Shown here: one piece after another, positions 50,705-64,000 of the stretch
Layout: each line of letters begins with the position of its first letter
Position numbering within the stretch: the first letter of the stretch is position 1
NCBI GenBank assembly: GCA_000320545.1
Contig: ADNK01001860.1
Span: 1-64,000, forward strand
Source of the DNA: Bigelowiella natans CCMP2755
Lineage: Eukaryota; Protista; Cercozoa
Length of the DNA: 64,000 nt
Direction: 5' to 3'
Notes under the pieces: generated by a model
The model's input: the letters and a program-made list of their open reading frames with translations, nothing else
Databases searched by the model: none
What the model was told of the DNA's origin: nothing
Translations under genes and position numbers: made by a program

Positions 50705-51715
50705 AAGAAAGTAAATTAAGCTGCCACCCCCCTCCTCCCCCCTCAAATTCCCTCCTGCTCAGGATTCGCCAAAGATGGCAAGTTTTATCTCTAACAGCAA
50801 ACTGAGCTCCCAAGCTATCACCATAAGAGAGGCATGAAATTCCAAACAGATGAATCTCTACGCAAAGCGAGAAATGTATTAGAATGTGCAGTGAGTTCCA
50901 GAAACATAACAGGAGCCATTGTTCGTGCAGCCTCAGTTGATGGTATCGGTGCAATTATAATTGAAAGCATGTTATGAAGTTACACGATGTAGTAAAACGA
51001 ACAACCTAGTAACCAACTAGCAGGTGCTGTGCAATGATCTATCATTATTGCTCCTGCAATAATGCACGAAGAGCGTTCAATAGCCGCATCGTACAATTTA
51101 GCTACATCGTTGCTGCTGATGTTCGCTGATGTTATGTATACCGTGTCCCTGTAACAAGAATGTGAAATGCTAATCGCGCAACAAAGTAACCTGCATCTTC
51201 ATGATGTGCACGTAGCATGTACATTATGTACGTGCAACTGTCTTGCTAGGGGAAATGAAGACATGAGGTCATGCCTGTGCTAGCTATTCTCGTGTAGCTG
51301 CAGTCCACACGAGTAAGCCTGCATCAGGGTTCAGAGTTGTTCACCACGTTGGCATGTTCATTGTAGTCGCAGCTACACATATGTCAATAGTCGATAGCTC
51401 TTAATACGATACTACTACTGATGCTGCTATCAATCTGGCAGCGTGTAAATGGCATGAGCGCTGTAGCCGCTGCTCTGCATAATCTACATTACTAGATTAA
51501 GATGACTATTGAAAAAATGTAGTCATTTCAATACATCCGTCTCATAAACGGTATCGTGATATTTTTGCTTCGCACAGCTTAGGGACAATACGTACGCATA
51601 CGATAGATGCAGGCAGATGCTTGTGCGCTTTGTGTAGTGTGGATATGAATGTAAACATGCGCTGCTGCATAGCTATAACGCTCGATTTCATCTAAGACAA
51701 AGCAGTTACAACATT

Positions 51716-53551
51716 TCAATTGAAATTCCTAGAGAGAAATGAGATGACTTTTTCCTTAATTTTTTCTATGGATCCGGGATCGCTTCCTGCATGATCAGCA
51801 CCTGATAGAACTTGCGCATCGACGCTTTCAGTTGCCATTGCCGCTGCCATTCGTCTCACGAGCGCCTCTTTGTTCACAGTTTCAGGCACGTACTCATCCG
51901 AACCTTCAATGCATAACAGCATATAAGGATCATGTTGCGTTCTGGAATAGGGGTTGCACGATTGAACAACATTCACCAGAATATAGCAGAAGAGTTGGGA
52001 TGTCCATACAGCCCAAGCAACGTTTCAGCTCTTCGTCACTTAAATCGGAACTAAACATGTCGTCGTCTGTTCCCCTGGAATCACATATTCTCACATAATA
52101 ATACTGATGATAAACGAAAGCCTTGCTCATATTTCAGTGGGTTGTACTGTACCTTCCTGCTAGTGAGTGATATCGATAAGCAGTAATGGGTGCTACATCG
52201 TAAGAATCACGTGGCATCAGCTCTTCTTTCTTGCCCTAAAACAACGCCCACACAGTAGCAACCTCATTAGTGTGAGAAATGAAGAGAGTCCTGAGAATGC
52301 AATAGGATTCCCAAGGAAATGTACTCCCCCCCCCCCCTCCCTGTTTTAAAAAAAAAAAAAAAAACCTCTTTCACCATGGACTCCGCAAGCTGAAACCATT
52401 TTTTGGTATCTTCATTCGTAGCCATGGATCTAAACACAGCCGCAATTCACACTTGATTCGTGCATTCATAGCAAGAGGTGAAATTACTCTCGATCGCTGA
52501 CGGGGGCTTGGAGAATCGCTGCATTCAGCCGCAAGTTCAATCCATCAGCACTAGAAAGCTTCATTTCGTGATATCGTTTACAGTATGTCACAATGTCCTG
52601 GCATCTGAGGATATGGCAACGAATAAAATTCGATAATTTTTCGCAGATCCGTATGGAAAGTAACCCCGTAGAATGGCCCATCATCACGATTTCCGCGTCA
52701 TTTTCACCTAACAACAGTTGTTGGTGAACCCTATTCCCTCAATTTATGTAAAATGTGCCACTTTTCCGTATCATGCGAATAAGCTCTGATATTTCCTGAG
52801 CGTCTCCTGCGAGGCACGATGTTCCATAACCTGTTGGGAAAGACAGTGACGTGCAAACGTCATACACCCGAAACGCGAGTAATGCAGGTATTAATACTTC
52901 ACCTATGTACGAGGAGGATGTTAACGGTTGTAGGAACGTCCAGTTTAATTTAACACATGCCTCGGCTAGGGGTCCTACGTAGTTCGTTGCCATCAACCTG
53001 ACAACAACAACAACAACAAAGGAGCAACGGAAATGATGAAATAAGACTACCCTTGCTTCTACGACAATATGCCCAACAAGTACCCATCCGTGAGACCTCC
53101 CAGAAATATCAGATATTTCCTTTTCCCCTCCCGGGGGAGGGGCCCTGATGCAACAACGCTATCATGAGAAAATGAGATGGTGAACCGTTCAATAAAGGTG
53201 AATCATGCCCCACCGTCCGGATCGCATCGAAAAACAACGTGTCCCTACGTACGTAGTAGCATGTCAGCAAGAGAATAGTGCGCCGAGCACATTGAAATCC
53301 ACTGTTACATCGCAAGAAGCATTGATTGGTACCTTCGAGTACACTGAGAGCTCCCCAGCTAGTTGGCGTGTACCGAGCCGCAAGCGTTGGCCTTTTCGAG
53401 ATGATGTCGATGATGCCCGAACGAACCGACCGGAGATGCGGCTTTGCATCCTGCACACGGCTAGAGAAACAGCAACGACGGAGGCAGTGGCAATAGACAG
53501 GTATTGGTAGCTGCTGCGTGGTTTCACGTTCCGATAAACGCTAGCACCCAT
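51716..53551 (-). CDS. DUF1749/UPF0613 alpha/beta-hydrolase with hydrophobic+basic N-terminal leader; multi-exon
   Basis: YLIFLGGLTDG, QPLTSSSY.G|YGTSCLAGDAQEI, IVMMGHSTG|CQD, AILQAPVSDRE, DDDMFSSDL, SDEYVP and GADH are characteristic DUF1749 motifs. Confidence 0.9.
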
Positions 53552-53837
53552 TGTTGGGAGGAAAAGGGGGAGGATCCTTTGATTGTACACGAGATATTCT
53601 GTATGTGCGACACAGAAATCATTCTTGACGTAGGGAAAATTTACATTCCATTTATGCTGGAAATTGGAGTTGACGTACAAAAAAATCACAGGGCATTTTG
53701 CGGTCGTCGTCACAAGATTTCCCATTATCGAGACTACGAGTACCTCTTCAGCTTAAACCCGATACCCTCTTCTCGCCCCCCCTTGAAGGCGGAATCCCTC
53801 TCCCCCCTGCGCGCTTCCTCCCGAGGAAGAACCCGCG

Positions 53838-55186
53838 ATGATCAACGAGTTCTTAAGGTGGCATTTGATTTTCTGGTGTTCTTCGTTGGTGTGGTCAGAT
53901 CGCTGTTCCATTCCTTTGCATCCTCTTGCTCTACTATGTCAATGATATTAGGGTGCTGGCAGCTGCGCTTGCCATAGTGGCGTTGATTTTTGCAATCATG
54001 TCCATCGTTCGGGGACAATGGAGCGTTGCAGACGTACACATGTTTCAGTTTCCTGGTCAGTACGCGTATATGAGTAAGCTGTGATGCAAATGACTTCTTA
54101 TCCTTTGATGAACGGATTGCAAATCCTTACATCTCATAAAACATTGGCCCTCAAAGCCCAAGCTCTTTCTCACATTATCATTTGGAATGTATGCTCATCG
54201 AAGGAGTATATACATATATTTTAACATACCTATGCAGGGCCGGAAAGAACCCCAGACACGACTGTTGACTTCGGACTATATGCCTACAAAGCGTACCTTT
54301 TCGGTGCGAAAGATGCAGAGTGGCATCTGTACACAAAGATTCAGCAGACCGACAACGTCAAATATCTTGAAATGGCAGGAGAGGCTGTCTGGTAAGTTCC
54401 GTTGCATGTTATACTGACATCTGTTTGTATGTGCAAGAGTCGAAGCGATTTTACGTTAGAGTCAAGACCTTCTTTTTACTTTAGATGCAAAATACAGGCC
54501 CTTAATACGTACATTTGATCAAACAGTTTCGCAATGGTTGGCTGTGAAACGTGCCTTTCGTTGTACATACTCTACGGGCTTCTAAGGGCATTTTATTATG
54601 GATGGACAATGTGGACAGCACGTCTGATACAAGGTATAGACATCAAACAAGCCGCACGCGAGAAATTTAATCATAACATGCTGACTTGGAGTTGCGTGGT
54701 TTTTTTGACCAGACGACTCATGGTCTACACTAGTCGAAGATTGCATCCTAATCGGCCTCAACTTTCTTGCTTGCACCACCGCCATCCTAGCTGTTTGTTT
54801 TTGGGGAGTTGCGGGACACAATGCTTCGCAGAAGATACAGTTGAGTGAATTTCTACGAATTCAGCTTTTTAAGAACACAATGCATTCCGTAGACCACATT
54901 CATTCGAAACGTTTATTGCTTGACCTTAGAATGAGTAGAAAACTTGTGTGTGCTAAAAAACAGAGCTGCATTAACGAGTCTTCCTGTCCCCGCAGTGGCT
55001 GCAGAGGCTTCGTATGGTCTCTCCTTTACGTATGCAATCATTGCTACACTGTCATCTTTCCTCTGTTGCGTCCTCCAGATTTTCATTTATTTGAGGAACT
55101 CCACCAAAAGGGAGCATGGTTTTGCTGGTGGATTGATTCCCAACTACGATACTTTCGGTTCTTCATCCGCACCAATGCCGTTATGA
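53838..55186 (+). CDS. Claudin/PMP22/amastin-like four-TM protein; multi-exon; 3' end uncertain
   Basis: MINEFLR|VLAAALAIVALIFAIMSIVRGQW..VDFGLYAY (W...GL motif), three further hydrophobic segments, and SYGLSF before TM4. Confidence 0.6.
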
Positions 55187-56237
55187 CTCGTAACGAGTAC
55201 CCTCGTTATGGCCCTCTACGATTTGAAGGTTGGCTAAACAACATTAAGACGTATACTCGGGGATCAAAGTTGGGCCGTAGGTGCTTTCATGAGAATATAA
55301 ATTATATTATCTAGATTATTCATGATTTCACGACTGCGATGGTCCCCAGAAGTTTTCGGCAGTTTTATCTGATATGAAAGACTAGGCAAACAATATGAAA
55401 CAACTGACATAAAATTTAAACCGGCGCTTGATATAATTATCTATTGACATTGAAATACTATAATCTAGTAATGTTCACCACTCCTGTGCCGTTTACATGC
55501 ACGTATCATGTGCGCGTGTCTGCACGTACGGCACGCATTATTCACAATCGTGGCGCATGTGTAAACAATGAGCTGTTAAATTTGGCTCTTTTCTTCTCGA
55601 TGCATGTGTTTTCTTTAGTTGCATTCTGTTCACACATACACATTCGGTAACGTGCGCACCGAATTAAGCGCACATTATGGCATTGCATGTCACTGTGTAG
55701 CATTATTGAGAGCACTCAGCCCACCACATTCTAGCATAATTGCACATAGAGTATACCGAGAGCTAGCAGCGACGATAAGAGACACTATGGCAGCGCAAGT
55801 GTAATGTGCATCGGCACACGTGCATGTGAAATCATTTTATTGCACATTCAAGTATGTCACATTTAAAGGCCTTCAGTCATAGTCACAGTTATTATGAAAG
55901 CTGCAACCATATCTAGCATATGCGACACGATGGGATGTACAAACAACGAATATAACCATGAGCTCATGACTTGGAATATTTTGAATATAATGTGAATTTA
56001 CACGGTTTCCATAACATTGCAACGCTCGCGTAAGGAAAGCAAGGAAATCCTACGGATGAATTTGGTCGGTCGCAATGAGCGCTTTACATTAATTTACATG
56101 TTTTTTAGAAGAGTATAATCTTTGTTACGAAGTCATATAATCTAGCCAAGACTTTGGAATTCAAATAATCCAAATCCAAATCCAAATCCAAAAATTCACA
56201 TGTCAATTCACTTGCCATCAGGAAATTATCATCATAT

Positions 56238-57618
56238 TTATTTTAACCGTACAGTGCTTTTGGAGCGTGGTAGAGATTTTCCTGCAAGATCGTGATATCG
56301 TTTGCGTGCATCTTTATTCGATAATATGAAATTGAATAAATATTTCTTGTTTTCGTGATTGTGCATAGCCTTGCTTCCGACGAGATCCCCTTCAGTCTGA
56401 AATTTGGTCGGTTGTTAATTTGATAAAAAGTGATGGGTGGCGAATCTACAGGTTGATTTGTGCTACCATGTACGCAACAATCCTCAGAGGCAAGTCCCTC
56501 CAATATTGCGTGAGATCCATTGGCTTCACTCCTGGAATGCCTCGTACCTGTGCGAACAACAATGGGGAAACCAATAAACATTACTGACAGGTTTGGCAGA
56601 GGCTGATGGAACTTACCATCCAAGAGAACAAGTCCAGGTTTCCGTTATGTAGGGAAAACGAGTAGCACGCTTCTTCTCCTCCCTTAAAAGAAAATATATC
56701 CTTTATATTTCGTTTTCGTCTTGTTTTCATCCCTGCCTCTTCTTCGGGGAACATTGCTACCCCAATTGGTGGTGGCTCTTCACACTTTTTACTATCGTCT
56801 GTTTTGCATGCCTCCAATTCTGGCGAGCCGCTTTTACTATCGTCTGTTTTGCATCCCTCTAATTCTGTCGAGCCACCACCCTCAGCTTCTTCTTCTTTCT
56901 TGGAACTATTTTTAGATGTCTCTACGAAAGTGTCTGCGGCGATATATAATGGGAAACTAATATGCGGAAGCTGTTTCTCATCGCCGAAGCTGTAATGTAA
57001 TATTGCCCCCCGCATCATATTTATTGCGTTCAAGACAAGGCTACACATGGTACGACGCACGAAACCTAATTTCATCTTATTTTCGTCTGCAAGTTTGGGT
57101 TCCTCATATCCAAGCTCGCAACCAATCCAAATCTGAATGTGATATTCGAACACAAAAATCATCTTCTTGCATGGTAGTTTTAGCAGCGATCAACGTAAAC
57201 GTACCATTTTCCCTTTCAATTCTTCGGTGCTTATCTTGAATTTTCCTTGTATTTGCAAACTAAACAATCTTTGATATCCACCAAAGTATTTCTGATACTC
57301 CTCGGATAACACTGACTTATCTTGGGGTCGAAGCTTGAAAATTGCCTGCCCTTTGAATATTTTGCTTTCGAAAGGAATTCCCTCTAAGGAGTTAACCTCC
57401 ATTTCTTGTCTTCTTTCTCCGGGAGTGCAAAACACGTCCTGCAAACTGATGTGCTCGAAATGTTGGCCTCCATACTTATCCCGGATCAGTTTAGGCTCTT
57501 CTGCCTCATAGTTTATCTGTGTGCTGCTTGTACTGGTTTCTATCTGGACTTCCGAAGGCGGCGCTGGCTTCTTGGAGCCCCTTGTGACTGTACGGGATGC
57601 GACCTTGAAGAAGGACAT
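56238..57618 (-). CDS. DUF1769-domain protein; multi-exon
   Basis: PFESKIFKGQAIFKLR..YFGGYQRLFSLQIQGKFK, LHYSFGDE..PHISFPL..AADTF, YSFS..NLDLFSW and MDLTQYWRDLPLRIVAY. Contains an internal 45-nt duplication (ELEGCKTDDSKSGSP/ELEACKTDDSKK). Confidence 0.8.
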
Positions 57619-58537
57619 GGATTGCTTTCAGTGCAATGCGTCCGGGAACTGGTTCAGGCTCGGGCAGACCACAGAATATCGAGAACACTCTTAGTGACAC
57701 ACGCCCGCTCGTGACTCGCCACCACGTTGCAGCTGAGTGTCTCATACCGCTCAGGAAGCAAAACTTTCCTGCGACTGGGATCGGTGCAATCGATTTCTAA
57801 GTGACGACATCAGTTTTTACCTTACTTTAGATAATTTACACCACCATCCTGCTCAATTAAAATCTCGCAAGTTTCGGTAACTCTTACATGTTGTTGACAA
57901 GTGCAGCAAATTTCTAAGCTGCTGCAGCCTTCGTTTCGGAAAAAAGAAGGATGCAACTTCTCGTGTTATGGACCCAAAAAACTCTCATGCGACACAAAAG
58001 TACGCGGAAATCAGGAAATCCCCGATGTTCGCATAGAAATGCTCACATTTCTTGTGAAGCGGGGCTTATTAGGGACTTGTAAACGCCGGGTTTAATTCCG
58101 GTTTACCGGCTCTGATGAATTCAATGAAATTATTAACAGGATCTACTCCTAAGACAAATATCTTTCTGTAATCAATACGAGAGCAATCATCATTATCTCA
58201 CAGAGAAGAAATCACCGTTCATCTTGGCGACTTCGGGGGTAATCGCCATGCCGTTGATCCTGAAACCCTGGTTATATATGTAGCTGGCATTGTTTCTCTC
58301 CGCGTTGTGACCCGTCATGATTGTACTTAAATCGTAAGGAAGTTTCATGGGAAATCGGCGAGAGAAGAAGAAAGGGAAAAGAGTGTCGTATTACAAATTT
58401 ATCTTTTCGATTTTCAACCGTATTCCATCCGTTCTCTTGAGGTGGGCCTCTCCTCCCGCATCCCCACATGCCTCCACTCTATTTTCCATTTCAAAAAATT
58501 AGTTATCTATGGTGTTCCTTCAGGTAAATATCCTAGC

Positions 58538-59609
58538 ATGATCGGAAGAAGTGTACTGCGCGCTGCATCCAAAGGGATTCGCACGCAATGGCGTGCGTTT
58601 GCTTCAGTTGCCCCTCCGAAGCTCTTCAGTTATGATGTAGATAACTCATACCACATACTTATCATCGGAAATACCAACAAATGTTTACCTTGGAAGCATG
58701 TTGCTATAGCGATTCTCGAAGATCGAAGACTCTCATCTCCCTCTTTGCCTTGTTCTCTTACGTAGGAGATTACGGCAAATGTAAAAGAAAAACACGCAAT
58801 TGAGTCCGTTGAAGCAGCTTTTGGCATGCTTGCTAAAGGGAAAGTAAGTAATGTAACGTTGAGTCACGGGAACTTTGTCCTCCAGAAGACAAAATAACAT
58901 TGGGATATGGAAAGAATCAAGTTTTAACACAGAGAATTCGTGCAGGTTGATGTACCGATTCCTATGCACATTGGAATTGAAGAAAGTCCTGAGGCAGGGC
59001 CAGGAGATTGCCATATTAAGGGCGGGTTGTACCTACATAATTTCGTTTCAAATTTATTCGAGTCACTATTGTGACAATTTGCTCTTCCAGCTACGTGTAT
59101 GGAACGAAAACATGGACAGTAAAGCTTGCAAATGTCAGTTTTTATAAAAACGTTGAAAAAGGACTTCCACCAGGTAAAGTTTAGGGGGCTGTGTATCTCA
59201 GACTGCGCCTTTGGCTTAGTAGAATAGAGTGAGATGAGGATTAATATTTTCATTTTAGGTTCAGGCATTTTTGTTGTAATCGATGCGACAAATGGTTTTC
59301 CTTTGGCTATTTTCCAGGTAATTCTAAATTTTAGTGATTTCCATTTCCTTAAATGTGAATATAACTCAGGAAAATCGATATCTTACCGACCTACGCACAG
59401 GCGCCGCTGGCGCTGTTAGCGTGAAGCACTTTGCTGCGTAATTTATTAACTAATTGTCTGTCTCTATCTCTGACTTTGATAGTGTTCGCAGACCACATCA
59501 TAACAAAGTATGTTTCCTGGGCACTGGGATGATTGCTGGTGCAATGGCACGAGCAAGGTATGATTTCTGTTACCTATCCTTCGATCTTTCGGCCTCTTCT
59601 CTACGATTC

Positions 59610-59648
<39 letters not shown>

Positions 59649-60653
59649 CAAGAGCAAGATGAGGGGGATGCATGGAAAAGCTTCATTAACGTAATATTGT
59701 TCTACCCAGCTCGGAAGTTCATAAATGGACTGACGCTTACTGCTATGGATTGGATACAAAAATGACGGAGAGTTTTTGTAAGGAGATGGAAGGTAGAACT
59801 ATATGAAGGTATAGTACATATTTCACAAGCGTGATGGTTTTAATTTCAGCGGACCTTGGCTTCAAGTTTCACGTGTGCGAAAGCGCTGAGGAGGCAGTCT
59901 CTTCGGCGGATGTCGTGTTCACCCAGACACCAGGAAGCAAGTAAATAGCATTAAAAGTCGATATTGAAAGAGGTTTTCATCGGTATCATCATTAAGACTA
60001 AAACGGCCCTCCCCATCAACAGGCAAGTGCTGGAAATGGGATGGCTCAAACCTCACGCAACGATAATCGCTTCGGGCACAGACCAAGTGAGTATTGATAA
60101 CGATATTCAAACTCCAGTTCTCTCGCGAATAGATACGTTTTCCTCAATGGCTATATGATTGAAATTATTCAGCCCACCAAAAACGAGATTCCTGCGGATG
60201 TAATGGCGAACTCAAAGGTACGTCTGTGAATCAATCAATTTACAAGAAGAGCATTTATCGAAGGATGAATGTGTGTTGCTTCCCCTACTCGCAGATGGTG
60301 TGTGACCTTGTACGTCAGTGCAAACTTGTCGGAGAGCTTCGCACGGCTATTAAGGAAGGCACGGTTAGGAATCAACCTGACTGTTCCACGAAAGCATATC
60401 TTTAACAAGTTGAAATACTTCACAGATGAAAGAAGAAGACGTCTATGCAGAGATTGGAGAAGTTGTCAACGGGAGCAAACCAGGCCGTGAGGTAGAATTC
60501 AATGCGTTCTCTTGCCTGAAGCGATATTCCTAAGTATATGGCGAATATTAGGGCGATGAACTAATTGTGGTTGACCTTACTGGAACCGGAGCTCAAGACG
60601 CTGCAATTGGTCAAGTTGCTGTTGATGTTCTTGTGCACGGAAAGGCGCTGTAG
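58538..60653 (+). CDS. Ornithine cyclodeaminase/mu-crystallin family (EutC-like) enzyme with mitochondrial-type presequence; many exons
   Basis: Presequence MIGRSVLRAASKGIRTQWRAFAS, then GDCHIKG, YLTDLRTGAAGA, FLGTGMIA, ADVVFTQT, WLKPHATIIASGTD..KNEI, VGEL and VVDLTGTGAQDAAI. TAG at 60651-60653. Confidence 0.9.
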
Positions 60654-61250
60654 GATAAGTCATGGAGTTTTGGATGAAGAGGAGATAGTTTATGCAAGGC
60701 CAAATGATACTGATTTCATTTGGATTCTTGCATACATGCACGAATTGCAATGTTGACATAGCCAATAAGCGCAATAACAACGTACTCAGCCAAGGATATG
60801 GATGTTATAGTTGCATGTTACCGTCTATATATAGCGCAACATGGCCGATTTCACACTCAGGAGATACGATAAATTACGTCTCGGTCCCTTGCGCAGGTCT
60901 AGAGCTAGAGAGGTGCATGGTGCATGGCCTCGTGTTCCAATCTGTGTGCAGCATTGCTAGATTGCGACGCTACGTCCCGTTTGTGGTTATGAGACGGATG
61001 TAATGAATTCATTTTTTCAATAGTCCTCCTTATGTCCTTATGTAGCTATCTAGCTATGCAAAGTTACATCCAGCGCAGGTTTACAGAATGCACTGTGCAT
61101 GCTAGCATGCAGATTGTGTCTGATGCAACCTTTCCTATATTGCGCTAGCTCTTCATGCATTGGTACAACGTACGTAACGGTTTAAAAATTTCATTTTCTT
61201 TTGTCATGAACCATCTTCATTAATTTAGCAAATCATGTAGCGAGGTCGAC

Positions 61251-62132
61251 TCAGCGGCGCCGTTGATTTTTATTGCTCCTCTGGGCTTTAGTTGATCCCT
61301 TACCAGCCAATTTGTTTTGTTTTTTCTGATTTCTTACGCCTATTGATTCAAACCCATCTTCATGGAAGTTACTGTTTCTACTATAACCACGATGAGCATA
61401 TGTTAGTTTCAAAATGGTTCTTTCGCCCCTTTTCACTTGTGTGACCCTATGCATAGGTCCTGATTCACCTGCTTGCACAGCAATTACAGAGTTTGGCTCT
61501 GTGTGGACGAAGTCCAGATCGCCATTTAAGCTTAACCATTCAGTACGTGTGTATCCGCATTGATTTTCGACAGTGAAAACGATCTCTACTTGAGCAGGTT
61601 CGAATAAGACATCGTCACGATGCCACTCCATACCACTTCCAGCCGGATAGACACGCAATTCTATTGGTAGTTCCGTAGGGACAAGATCATTTATTCCAAG
61701 AATTTGACCTAATTTCTGGACAATTTCATCCTGCTTGAAAAATTTGTACGAGCAACTTTTTTCATCCAGGCGAGCGCCCATCCGTCCTGTGGCTATGGAC
61801 CCTTGTTCCTTTTTTATTTTAGGTCGCAGCTGCCTGCACTCTGCCAGAACATCCTCGAACTGTTTCTGCTCGAGGAAGTTTCTATGGTACTTTATTCCTC
61901 CTCTTTTGACAAAATTCTTCGTCTGGATTTGTGGGGCTCTTTGTACCGCCTGGCCTGTCAGAGCGTCTGACCGGCTTACCTTCATCTTCGATTTCCAGCA
62001 ACGAAAATGATTTTTGAGGAGCCGCGAGCATGAAACATCAGTCGCGAGGAGACATAAAAGAGGAATACAAAGACTCCATCGTCGTATACAGGCTCTATTC
62101 GACGGAAAAAGGCAAATATCGACCCTTGCCAT
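61251..62132 (-). CDS. 2OG-Fe(II) oxygenase superfamily protein, intronless, with bipartite-type leader
   Basis: ELRVYPAGSGMEWHRDD (HxD) and MHRVTQVKRGERTILK (distal His/Arg). The N-terminal hydrophobic WSLCIPLLCLLATDVSC is followed by a basic region. The ORF could start upstream at 62219. Confidence 0.8.
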   Translation of the reverse strand: MARVDICLFPSNRACIRRWSLCIPLLCLLATDVSCSRLLKNHFRCWKSKMKVSRSDALTGQAVQRAPQIQTKNFVKRGGIKYHRNFLEQKQFEDVLAECRQLRPKIKKEQGSIATGRMGARLDEKSCSYKFFKQDEIVQKLGQILGINDLVPTELPIELRVYPAGSGMEWHRDDVLFEPAQVEIVFTVENQCGYTRTEWLSLNGDLDFVHTEPNSVIAVQAGESGPMHRVTQVKRGERTILKLTYAHRGYSRNSNFHEDGFESIGVRNQKKQNKLAGKGSTKAQRSNKNQRRR

Positions 62133-64000
62133 TGGCTGGCTGGGGGAAGGCACGTAGCAAAAACTTTCGGGTATTATGAATAATGTGTCGGAAGCTACAA
62201 GATACGAATCGGAATCCAAGAAATTCGCCGGTTTGCCGGTTGTTTGTTACGAATCCCCGCTATTTTCCTGCCAGTAACATGAAAGAAACATGGCCGTACA
62301 TGTATAAACCAACGTCCTTCGTTTCCAACGATACGGTACGAGTACATGTGTGAGAAGGAAGTTGTGGTACTTGAGACTACATGATTACTCGTAATACCAC
62401 ACTCATACCACACTCTTATTGCAGATGAGCTGAATGGTGAAGTGCGAAAACTTTCGTCGTTTCTGAATTTTCGCTGGCATTTTCTGAACATTACAGACGT
62501 TAGCCGCTACTGTCGCGTACACATGTGCATAGACTACCTTTCTCTCCTGGTTGTGTTCGCACAACTTGTTTCCCATTTTGTTTCGAACCCTCTTGTGTGC
62601 ATTGCGAAATCAGTGCACATCAGCGGCTCGCAATCTCGAGGTCACATCATAGACTCGATAAGACCAGGCATTATTTTTGCCGAAAACTCACTAATGCAGA
62701 AAGTGTTTGAAAATAGCTTGGGAGCAAGAGGTTCAGAGGAAAAGCTTTACGTCTTGTTTTGAGTGAAGTAATCTCGCGCAAGTTCCGTTCCGACCGGTAA
62801 GCAATTGCATGTCGTCCTCGGTGATTGCCCTACAATGTTCAATGATATCTGCTTATCTTCCAAAATACATGGAGATTTTGGCAGCGTTTCTTCCGACTGT
62901 GCTGCAAAAGTACGGCATCGAAGATTCCAGGGAATCCTAGGGAATCCCCTAAAAAATGACGTGGATGCGGGCAATTATTGGAAGAGACAACTCGATTCGA
63001 TATTCTTTGCGTGAAAACGGCTGAGATTCTGTGTTGGTATTATGCTGTGGTTAAGTTTTCTCTCTATGCTTGCATTTTCCTCCTCGTCGGACCGCCCCTC
63101 TTGCAACACTTCGAAGCGAAGCCCGTCGAGGAATGCACAGGGCAAAGATGCAAATTTCTAGACCCCAGCAAGCGCCACACGCTGCGTCTCACGTTTCAGA
63201 CTATCGATATTCTACTTTTCCAGGTCCTGTGACATCATCCATCAACTCCAGCTTGACACGTCGGCTCGACAAGAAGCGAGGGAAAGAAGCAGCAAGATGG
63301 CATTGTCCTTTGGGTTGCGGAAAATATTATCGGAAAAGTAGTTCCCGTTCTATACAGAAGCATCGCGTGACCTGCTTCAACAACTACATGCGTGTCCAAT
63401 CTCCAGGGTGTACTCATATCTTTGAAAATGATCTTCGCCTCCAAATTCTAAAGAACGCTAACGCAGATGGACGCCCTTCTGTGGATCCTGAAAAATATAC
63501 TGCCTCTTACAGCAGTTTATGGAACACTGTAGTCCACTTCTTCTGCGTCGGAGGTGTTAGGGGGAAAATCTTGTCAACCTTTCGCTCGCCACTCTGCACT
63601 GTCCCAGAAACCGAGCTACGCTACCAATGCGGCCAAATCCTCATTCACGCCGCGAAATCTGAAACTGAAATGGTTCAAATGATGGTCTCAAACTCAGAAT
63701 TAGTATACTATCATCAGAAGGGTGTAATCGATGGACGTCCGTTGATATTCATCATTGTGGTCTCGGCGAAGTACAAAGGCGACCCTGTAGGAGCTGTGTT
63801 GGGAGACTTTCGAAAAACCTACAAAGCAAAGTGGAACCATGCTGCACAGCAACTTTCTCCAGAGGGAAACTTCTCCTTTGATTTCATGATAGATCGAAGC
63901 TCCAGTAAATGTACCACAGAGCGTCAGATTGGGTTGGGAATCGCACCAAGGAATCAGCCAATCCATTTGAACACACCTTGCCCAAAATGGAAATTATATA

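Noticed and set aside
62740-64000. Possible minus-strand gene or pseudogene at the window end
   Set aside because: Only short ORFs interrupted by stops, with no recognisable motifs, so there is too little support to call.
1-64000. Alternative genetic code, rRNA/tRNA genes, or autonomous transposon ORFs
   Set aside because: Reconstructed genes end in TAA, TAG and TGA normally. I recognised no rRNA, tRNA, transposase or reverse-transcriptase motifs by eye; tRNAscan or HMM searches would be needed to exclude them formally.

Overview
Eukaryotic, intron-rich nuclear DNA (GT-AG introns, standard genetic code, many microsatellites). It is most plausibly from an alga with a complex plastid, such as a chlorarachniophyte; this is inferred from bipartite signal+transit leaders, an RLRGG leader motif, and plastid-type ISE2/DUF2834 and green-lineage MBS1 homologues. 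About 17 protein genes can be reconstructed by eye: ISE2/HelY-type helicase, TOM1-like 7TM protein, secreted orphan, D-threonine-aldolase-like PLP enzyme, PHB-depolymerase-like esterase, DUF2834-like membrane protein, RCC1-repeat protein, DUF2237-like protein, LEA-like helical protein, two 2OG-Fe(II) oxygenases, degenerate adenylate-kinase-like protein, MBS1-like zinc finger, divergent actin-related protein, MFS transporter, DUF1749 hydrolase, claudin-like protein, DUF1769 protein and ornithine cyclodeaminase-like enzyme. Most sit in head-to-head pairs. The outstanding signal is non-coding. Several repeat-containing intergenic blocks (about 6.1-7.4, 11.8-13.1, 14.85-17.9 and 29.6-30.2 kb) have lost almost all TpA dinucleotides, including about 1.47 kb with none, and survivors lie nearly always in CTAG/CTA/TAG contexts. 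Paralogous repeat copies and Tyr->Cys/His-type changes in an embedded ankyrin pseudogene suggest directional TpA->TpG/CpA hypermutation, a candidate 'reverse-RIP' genome-defence process. Counts and exon boundaries were made by eye and need computational confirmation.
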